Below, one piece after another: positions 58,005-64,000 of a stretch of DNA of 64,000 nt. The position numbers and the translations under genes are program-made. Source of the DNA: a virus. The notes beneath the pieces are model-generated. The model saw only the letters and a program-made list of their open reading frames with translations. It ran no database searches and was not told the DNA's origin. The stretch lies in IMG/VR virus record IMGVR_UViG_3300021962_008382, positions 94,916 through 158,915 of that record; one strand, written 5' to 3'. Each line of letters opens with the position of its first letter. Positions within the stretch are counted from its first letter, which is position 1.

Positions 58005-58744
58005 AATGGTAGCTTAATATTGTTGTTTAAAATTTCAACTGATGTTTTTGTAATTGGGGCAATATTAAACGGAGATTTTGCTCTCATTCTAAAATTCATT
58101 TCAAAAGTAAACTGATAGTTTCCACTACCTTTATATTGCACTCTAGCTCTCCAACCGGCTGTGGAAGAAGATGAAAACTTAGGTACACCAGTAAACTTTA
58201 AAGGATTTAATCCCCCGAAGAGATAAAAACCATGTGTCCCAATATTAACGTAATATGTATCTTTCTTATTATAATATTGTTCTACCTTAGAAGGAGATAT
58301 ATCACCTTTTAATTCTGGAAAGGTTGTAAGATCTCTTTCATATCGAGCTTGATTTGGGATACCTTCAACCATTTTTTTCCATTGAGGTGTTTGAAATTCC
58401 TTATCAAGTCTATATGGGGTTTTGTTCCATTTGGCATTTATCTCTTTAAACAGCCCTACCGATTCCGCCACACCCATTATAAATGCTTTTTCAGGATCAT
58501 CTTTGCTTTTAGGGTCGAACGCCCATTTTTTCGTTTTAGGGTTATATTTTAAAACTAATGATCCTGCAGAGGCATCAGTTATCTTCAATTCACACCCAAC
58601 GGGTTTACTTTCACCCCTCATAATCATTAAATCAGGTACACTTGATCCTGCGCCTGCAGGGGTGAAACCTACCGGTACAAAACCCAAGGGGATGAGGGCT
58701 TCTGCTGCATTTTTTTCGTATTGGAAGCCTTGTTGCGCAGCCAT
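58001..58744 (-). CDS. PD-(D/E)XK restriction-endonuclease-like protein
   Basis: GFQYE...PDL.I...GCELK; YY.KK..YY.NIG..GFY. Confidence 0.6.
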   Translation of the reverse strand: MAAQQGFQYEKNAAEALIPLGFVPVGFTPAGAGSSVPDLMIMRGESKPVGCELKITDASAGSLVLKYNPKTKKWAFDPKSKDDPEKAFIMGVAESVGLFKEINAKWNKTPYRLDKEFQTPQWKKMVEGIPNQARYERDLTTFPELKGDISPSKVEQYYNKKDTYYVNIGTHGFYLFGGLNPLKFTGVPKFSSSSTAGWRARVQYKGSGNYQFTFEMNFRMRAKSPFNIAPITKTSVEILNNNIKLPL

Positions 58745-58773
58745 TTTAGATAACCCCTATATATTGTTCCATA

Positions 58774-58781
58774 TATTTATC
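58774..58781 (-). promoter_or_regulatory. Late promoter variant GATAAATA
   Basis: Immediately after the terminator, heading the late 48-58 kb cluster. Confidence 0.65.
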
Positions 58782-58782
58782 C

Positions 58783-58812
58783 AAAAAAGAAACCCCCTCG
58801 AGGGGGGTTTCT
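58783..58812 (-). terminator. Intrinsic terminator
   Basis: GAAACCCCC-CTCGA-GGGGGTTTC-TTTTTT. Confidence 0.9.
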
Positions 58813-58837
58813 GCTGGTTTCTTTACCAGTCTAGCTG

Positions 58838-59101
58838 TTAATTAAACAGCGCGCTTCCAGCTACTGCGAAGGCAGCTGCAACCATTGCACGGGAAGGACG
58901 ACCCATGCGATAGGCAGTTTTACCATTCTTAGTGATGTTGGTGTAGATAGCGTGACCTCCTGCTCGAAGATCGCTTACGCGAGCTACAACAGTGTCTTCA
59001 GTAGTCCCAAAGAGCCCAGCAATCTGAGCTGCGGTATACTGACGACCGGATTTAAGAACGTTAAGTACTTTAGTCTGAATAGACATTTTCATTTTCCTCA
59101 T
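58838..59101 (-). CDS. Winged-HTH DNA-binding protein
   Basis: LKSG...TAAQIAG.F......ARVSDLR..G.AIY.N......YRMG.PSRAMVAA; start probably MKM/MSIQ behind GAGG. Confidence 0.75.
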   Translation of the reverse strand: MRKMKMSIQTKVLNVLKSGRQYTAAQIAGLFGTTEDTVVARVSDLRAGGHAIYTNITKNGKTAYRMGRPSRAMVAAAFAVAGSALFN

Positions 59102-59168
59102 AGTTAAGGTTTCCCCGCCATATTAAGAGCTATGCTGAGCGGCGGTCTTTCTCAGCATAGCTGTTGGA

Positions 59169-59501
59169 TTAGCCTGCGATCGCTGCGAGTTTTTCGATTT
59201 CTGGATCAGTTTTAGGTTGCTCAATAACCAGCTTAGGTTTAGCTGCAACCGTTTCTTTCTTCTTCATAATCTCGCTGATATCCGCAGCGTACTTACTGAA
59301 GTTAGGGTCGTTCAGAAGATACTGACAAGCTTCGAGCTTAGTCATTGGACTAGGAAGATCGATAAGCTGGATATCAGTGTCGCCTTGCTTCTGCAAGTTC
59401 TTGATACGTAGAATCAGATCAGAACAGAAGCGTACTTTGACGCTGTCTTTATGAATCGAAACACCTGCTACTGTAAACGTGGTCATACTCAATTTCCTCA
59501 T
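59169..59501 (-). CDS. Hypothetical early protein
   Basis: FTVAGVS....KVRF.......K...K.G.TDI.L..LP..MTK; start probably ATG ~59486. Confidence 0.7.
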   Translation of the reverse strand: MRKLSMTTFTVAGVSIHKDSVKVRFCSDLILRIKNLQKQGDTDIQLIDLPSPMTKLEACQYLLNDPNFSKYAADISEIMKKKETVAAKPKLVIEQPKTDPEIEKLAAIAG

Positions 59502-59507
59502 GATATA

Positions 59508-59536
59508 ATATTAAGTTATTACTGGGTTAAGATCAA
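59508..59536 (-). promoter_or_regulatory. sigma70-type promoter TTGATC-17-TAATAT
   Basis: 17-nt spacer; shares GTTGAT with other early promoters. Confidence 0.55.
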
Positions 59537-59582
59537 CTACTTCGGTACATCTTAGGGCTCTATTTCCTACCCTAGCCAGCAT

Positions 59583-59611
59583 ATTATAAATGGTTACTCG
59601 TTACTAATCAA
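59583..59611 (-). promoter_or_regulatory. sigma70-type promoter TTGATT-17-TATAAT
   Basis: Near-consensus with 17-nt spacer. Confidence 0.7.
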
Positions 59612-59778
59612 CTATCATTTTCAGTATCTACCAAATCTTCCTCTTTTACTATCCCAGACTCTATGAGTGCAGTCATTAGAGAGTTTGCCCCTTTAGAGAA
59701 ACCGTAAAGGTAAGACAGAGTCGAAAAAAGAATGTTAATAGCAAATAGAGCAGTATAAAGCCAAAGATTATCTATCAT
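59608..59778 (-). CDS. Small membrane protein (56 aa)
   Basis: Not in ORF track: MIDNLWLYTALFAINILFSTLSYLYGFSKG... Confidence 0.6.
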   Translation of the reverse strand: MIDNLWLYTALFAINILFSTLSYLYGFSKGANSLMTALIESGIVKEEDLVDTENDS

Positions 59779-60421
59779 TATATACCGTTACGTGTGGTAG
59801 CCATTTCATTACTTTTTTTAAAAGCTTGGTTCGAATCGTTTTCCATTTTTCCCTATCGTTACAAAACGTACGCTTATAGTAATAATAAGTTCCAAGTTTC
59901 TTTAAGCGATGTATGTTCTTAATAATTTTTTCTGGGGCTTTGTTAGAATAGTAATGTTTTATTTCCATAGCTAGATCATGGCCATAAGCATCTATTTCAT
60001 CTGGATCGGAGAGGTATCTCTGATCTTGCTTTTTATTGTTGCCTAGATCTCTAAAATCTACCTCTAAACTTTTATATGAATCAGGATCTCTATTTTGCCA
60101 CTGGCATTGGTGTACTGTCTCATGCTGACATACTTGAGAGACATTAAATTTAAATTCGTTCCATTTTCGTATATCTATGTATTTTGATCTGGATGAAAAA
60201 GAAAATATAACGTATTTAATATCCTGATCAATATCATAAAGACCTGAGATGCAATACTCATCTTTTTTTATATTTTTTTGCTTATTATAGGAAAATTTAA
60301 AAGGTGCTTTTTTGCAAAAAGATCTATTTAACGTCGTGCAGACATCTTTAAAGGTTATTCTACCTTGTAACTTATCTTTTTTGGATTCTAAAATTTCATC
60401 TATTAGGCTAGCAAGGTACAT
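59768..60421 (-). CDS. Putative HExxH zinc metallopeptidase-like protein
   Basis: HETVHQCQ followed by YL..PDEIDAY. Confidence 0.65.
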   Translation of the reverse strand: MYLASLIDEILESKKDKLQGRITFKDVCTTLNRSFCKKAPFKFSYNKQKNIKKDEYCISGLYDIDQDIKYVIFSFSSRSKYIDIRKWNEFKFNVSQVCQHETVHQCQWQNRDPDSYKSLEVDFRDLGNNKKQDQRYLSDPDEIDAYGHDLAMEIKHYYSNKAPEKIIKNIHRLKKLGTYYYYKRTFCNDREKWKTIRTKLLKKVMKWLPHVTVYNDR

Positions 60422-60447
60422 AGACCCCCCTGTGTTGCCGCTCAGAT

Positions 60448-61836
60448 TCAGCTTGTAGGCAACGATTTGAAAAAATTAGAAAAATTATAACTACCCTCAT
60501 CATCACTACCCGAACCCGAGTCTGCAATATTAACTTGCGCAGACGGTTCTAGATCAAATAACTTCATCTTGGACCTATCCACCCCTATCATAAATCTTTT
60601 ATGAAGAGTTGGATCATTATAACGGTTTTTTAACTGCTTGACCATCAGCTGACCGAGTTGCTCCAGTTCTTCTGTACTTATTAGAGCAAACATAAAGTCT
60701 GCTGTTGCTGGTAGTCCGAATGACTCGGAAGTATCGGTCAGTTCTACATCAGTGTTCGAGTAACCCGAACGAGTAGTCTGAGTAGCTGATACGATCGGTA
60801 CGTTATATTCTACAGCAAGACCGCGCAACTCTTCTGCTATGGCCTTAACATATGTATAAGAATTTACACTTCCACCGGGTTTGAATCGCGAAGATGCACA
60901 GATATTTAAGTAATCTATAAATATTATATCTGGCTTAAAGTTACGTTTTAATGCTAATTCAGACAGTAGACTCTTAAAATGACCTACATGAGCTGAAGCC
61001 GTAGGGTATTCTTTAATGATTAGTTTACCTTTAGTTTTCGATTGAATCTTCGTAACTCGGTTTTCAAACATAGACTTCGGTAGATTTTTCAGCTGATCTA
61101 TTTCAACATTCAGTAGATTAGAATCTATACGTTCCGCAATCCTTTCTTCTGCCATTTCCATAGTAATATACAGTACATTCTTACCCTGAGATAAAGCACC
61201 TGCAGCAACATGGCACATAAAGAGAGACTTACCAACCCCCGTACCAGCCAGCGCAATATTAAGAGTTTTATTCGGTAGCCCACCCTGGGTTATTTTATTG
61301 AATAGATCTAAGTCAAAAGGTATACGGGCTTCGACCTTATTATAATAATCAAATCTGCTCGATAAGTCCTCAAAGTAGTCATGCCCGACTGCATTATCAA
61401 AACACACCCCTAACGCTGTCTGTAAAAGCGAGGGTATTCCATCTTTACTGAATGACTTATCATGACCTTCAAGAACAGATATCGATTTTAAGATAGCATT
61501 ATAAACTGCTTTGTCTTTGCAAAACTTTTCCGTCTCATCTAACAACCATTTGTCATTAGTATCATCATTATCTTCTAATATAGAGGCTATGTCTTTAATA
61601 GCCTCATACGCTTCTTTAAATACAGCTTCACCGGTATTAGAATTTTGCAGAGATATAATTAAAGCTTCCAAGGAAGGAGAGGTATTGTACTTATCAATGA
61701 AATCTCTAGCTAACCGGTACAGCGTCTTATCGCAAGTTTCTGTAAAGTATTCTTCTTTAAGAAACGGAAGAATTTTACGCATGTATTCTTCATTGCGAAT
61801 TATATTACGTAGTATAATATGTTCAATTCTTTTCAT
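60448..61836 (-). CDS. gp41: Replicative DNA helicase gp41
   Basis: AGTGVGKS; YITMEMAEERIAERID; IDYLNIC; SATQTTRSG; TSESFGLPATAD; KQLKNRY. Confidence 0.98.
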   Translation of the reverse strand: MKRIEHIILRNIIRNEEYMRKILPFLKEEYFTETCDKTLYRLARDFIDKYNTSPSLEALIISLQNSNTGEAVFKEAYEAIKDIASILEDNDDTNDKWLLDETEKFCKDKAVYNAILKSISVLEGHDKSFSKDGIPSLLQTALGVCFDNAVGHDYFEDLSSRFDYYNKVEARIPFDLDLFNKITQGGLPNKTLNIALAGTGVGKSLFMCHVAAGALSQGKNVLYITMEMAEERIAERIDSNLLNVEIDQLKNLPKSMFENRVTKIQSKTKGKLIIKEYPTASAHVGHFKSLLSELALKRNFKPDIIFIDYLNICASSRFKPGGSVNSYTYVKAIAEELRGLAVEYNVPIVSATQTTRSGYSNTDVELTDTSESFGLPATADFMFALISTEELEQLGQLMVKQLKNRYNDPTLHKRFMIGVDRSKMKLFDLEPSAQVNIADSGSGSDDEGSYNFSNFFKSLPTS

Positions 61837-62113
61837 TTTTAACCAGGTCTATAGCTTCTTTAACAATATCCAACATTACGGTCTGTAATACCTGTTCCCA
61901 CAAGGGACTAGATAAATCTACTGAATCTGGCTTGTTTAAAGTATGGTAATCCACTAACAGGGATTCTTCATTGTTAAAATCCATTTCTGTTATCTGTATT
62001 ACCACACCAGTAAATTCACCGTCTAAAATTTCAACACCCCATTCAGGTTTTTCTTCTTCTGCACCCGCTTTAGTAACCCAGGGTTTGTATAACTCATTCC
62101 TTAGCATTTTCAA
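61823..62113 (-). CDS. Conserved hypothetical protein between uvsX and gp41
   Basis: W.VEIL.GEF.GVVI; synteny. Confidence 0.7.
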   Translation of the reverse strand: MKMLRNELYKPWVTKAGAEEEKPEWGVEILDGEFTGVVIQITEMDFNNEESLLVDYHTLNKPDSVDLSSPLWEQVLQTVMLDIVKEAIDLVKNEKN

Positions 62114-63152
62114 ACTCCAGCTCTATATCTTCAGAGGTGAGATCTGACCCCATGATAGCATTACCAGATATCTGATAGCGATCAATGATAAATTGCTGGA
62201 AGTCTGCTGAAGCTAGAATAGGAAGCCAAAACTCTTTACTATAAGTATCTTTAATTCTATACTTCTGATCTTCGCCTTTTTTAGCATACCAACCATTAGA
62301 AGGTTTAGTTACAAACCCCCCTTCAAGAGCTACGTCTAGTAGACCTGACCACTTACTTATACCACCTTCGAATGATACCTCAACCGGGATCTTCGATTTT
62401 TCGCGTACATGCCTTGACTTCTCTACGTTAATGATAAAGTTATATCCTGTAAGTTCTGTACCATCTTTTTCTTGCTGACGACCGATAATATAGATATTAT
62501 CTGCAGAATAGTAAACACCGGTTCCTCCAGATACAATATCTTTCGGAAACATACCAATCTCTTTATAGGTATGATTAACTACAATCATCGGAATATCTTT
62601 CAAAGTAAGATGAGGGGTAATCATACGGAATAGCGACTTCAGCTGCTTAGCACGAGACATATCAGCCACTGACTTACCATCTAAAGCGTCGTCTACCTCT
62701 TTACGAGAAGCTAAGTTACCTACTGAATCAACAACAACGATAACATGATCACCGCGCTCAATGTTACTAAGTTGAGCCATTGCATCATGTTTAAGCTGCT
62801 CAATATCAGTGATCGGGGTATGTAAAACTCTTGAAGGTTCGATCCCAAATGAAGTGAAATAAGATTGAGGAGAGCCAAATTCAGAATCATAAAACAACAC
62901 CACAGCATCATTGTATTTCTCCAGATAAGATTTAGCAAGAAGCAATGCAAACGCGGTCTTAAAATGCTTACTAGGCCCGGCAAATACTGTAAGCCCGGGA
63001 GTTAGACCCCCATCTAGTCTACCAGACAGAGCTACGTTTACCATCGGCACCGGGGTTTGTATTACGTCTTTAGCGTTAAAAAATTTAGATTCGGAAAGTA
63101 TTTCCGTATCTTTGATAGTAGAATTCTTCTTAAGTTTATCTAACAATTGCAT
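62094..63152 (-). CDS. uvsX: RecA-like recombinase UvsX
   Basis: AGPSKHFKT; YDSEFG; DSVGNLAS.KE; VSGGTG.YYSAD. Confidence 0.98.
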   Translation of the reverse strand: MQLLDKLKKNSTIKDTEILSESKFFNAKDVIQTPVPMVNVALSGRLDGGLTPGLTVFAGPSKHFKTAFALLLAKSYLEKYNDAVVLFYDSEFGSPQSYFTSFGIEPSRVLHTPITDIEQLKHDAMAQLSNIERGDHVIVVVDSVGNLASRKEVDDALDGKSVADMSRAKQLKSLFRMITPHLTLKDIPMIVVNHTYKEIGMFPKDIVSGGTGVYYSADNIYIIGRQQEKDGTELTGYNFIINVEKSRHVREKSKIPVEVSFEGGISKWSGLLDVALEGGFVTKPSNGWYAKKGEDQKYRIKDTYSKEFWLPILASADFQQFIIDRYQISGNAIMGSDLTSEDIELEFENAKE

Positions 63153-63176
63153 ATTAATTCCTCATCATGTCTTGAC

Positions 63177-63205
63177 ATTATAATGTATAACTTAGTTAAC
63201 ATCAA
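63177..63205 (-). promoter_or_regulatory. sigma70-type promoter TTGATG-17-TATAAT
   Basis: Intergenic, upstream of uvsX. Confidence 0.7.
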
Positions 63206-63211
63206 CAATAC

Positions 63212-64000
63212 TTATCCGAATAGTCCTTCTAACGTAGCTTGTTCTTTTAACTGCCAACCAATACAGTTAAGTAACGAGTTAAGAGGATCTAGGAAAGCTT
63301 TTTCGAACATTTTATCGTAATCTATGTAATTTTGCAATCTAAATTCTTGAGGAAGTTCCCCAAGGAAAGAGATGACGTGAGAACCTAAAGGGTTCGGTTC
63401 CTTTAGGTATATGAATTTAATTTTATCCCCTTCCTGAATATACTGATGCTGCTTTTCAAGACCGAGATTCTTAATCATATGATTATATATCAACGAACCT
63501 CTTACATGGATAGGAGTACCTTTCTTAAAGATAGAATTAGAATCACTGTATTCTTTTACACCGTTAACCCCTCGAGGAAACGCAATAGACTCCGGATCTA
63601 GCTTATGCCATTTTTTCTCGATTTCACTCACGTACTGCTTAATACTACTTTCATCTTTCGTAAGTACAATTTCTACCGCCTCTTTAAGCGCTTTTCTAAC
63701 AGGGGCCGGGGTAGAAGTACGAACAATCTCCATACCCAGAACTTTGAGTTTAGGAGGATCGTATACCACCCCTTCAGCATTGTGTACGGTCAGGGCATAT
63801 CTTTTCTTAGCAATCCATACACCCCTCTCGGCAATAACTTCCCGCTTAAACTTAATCTTACTCTGCAGTGTATTTAAGTAACTTGAAAATTCTTCGCATG
63901 TCTTACTGATAGCAGGTTCGATAACTTTCGTACAATATTTGTCGAGTACATCTACAGTTTCTTTTGTCGTCTTGTTAGGTATAACAGCCTTAACTATCTC
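63212..64000 (-). CDS. gp43: DNA polymerase gp43, family B (5'-partial)
   Basis: Frame is open to the window end: FKREVIA..G.W.AKKRY; LKV.G.E.VR.STP; KGTPIHVRG; IDY.KMFEK.F. Confidence 0.96.
   Translation of the reverse strand, partial: EIVKAVIPNKTTKETVDVLDKYCTKVIEPAISKTCEEFSSYLNTLQSKIKFKREVIAERGVWIAKKRYALTVHNAEGVVYDPPKLKVLGMEIVRTSTPAPVRKALKEAVEIVLTKDESSIKQYVSEIEKKWHKLDPESIAFPRGVNGVKEYSDSNSIFKKGTPIHVRGSLIYNHMIKNLGLEKQHQYIQEGDKIKFIYLKEPNPLGSHVISFLGELPQEFRLQNYIDYDKMFEKAFLDPLNSLLNCIGWQLKEQATLEGLFG

Noticed and set aside
1-64000. tRNA genes or stop-codon reassignment
   Set aside because: No cloverleaf recognised by eye in the short intergenic gaps; core genes translate full-length with the standard code

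Overview
Segment of a large T4-like myophage genome (far-T4/cyanophage-like gene order, AT-rich, almost all genes on the minus strand). The two-component spanin and GH19 endolysin indicate a Gram-negative host. Contents in order: (1) tail-fibre module (1-8858) that includes a Pro/Gly/Asn 13-aa mirror-repeat protein next to a 2OG-Fe(II) oxygenase, a sulfotransferase and two paralogous hypotheticals; (2) baseplate/tail module (DUF4815-type giant protein, gp8, gp7, gp6, gp25, split gp5, hub, gp53, gp54-like, gp2, gp4, then a + strand operon gp48-gp26-gp51-tape-measure-like); (3) replication, transcription and nucleotide metabolism (gp32, gp59, gp33, exonuclease, GH19 lysin, phoH, DenV-like, DsbA, RNase H, dCMP deaminase, nrdAB, spanins, thyX, gp61); (4) a late cluster of probable capsid-internal proteins with Dps, a cytidyltransferase-like enzyme, a KxDG ligase-like protein and a PD-(D/E)XK nuclease; (5) gp41, uvsX and the 3' end of gp43. 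T4-type late promoters (TATAAATA and variants) and sigma70-type promoters can be read directly. Most notable are three candidate programmed -1 frameshifts (gp41 helicase to a HExxH peptidase-like ORF, gp26 to gp51, and a conserved hypothetical with a start-less C-terminal extension), a possible virion-protein modification cassette, a genetically split gp5, and a pseudoknot-like leader. I saw no tRNA, rRNA, CRISPR array or intron/intein. All family calls come from motif recognition and synteny; no database search was run.
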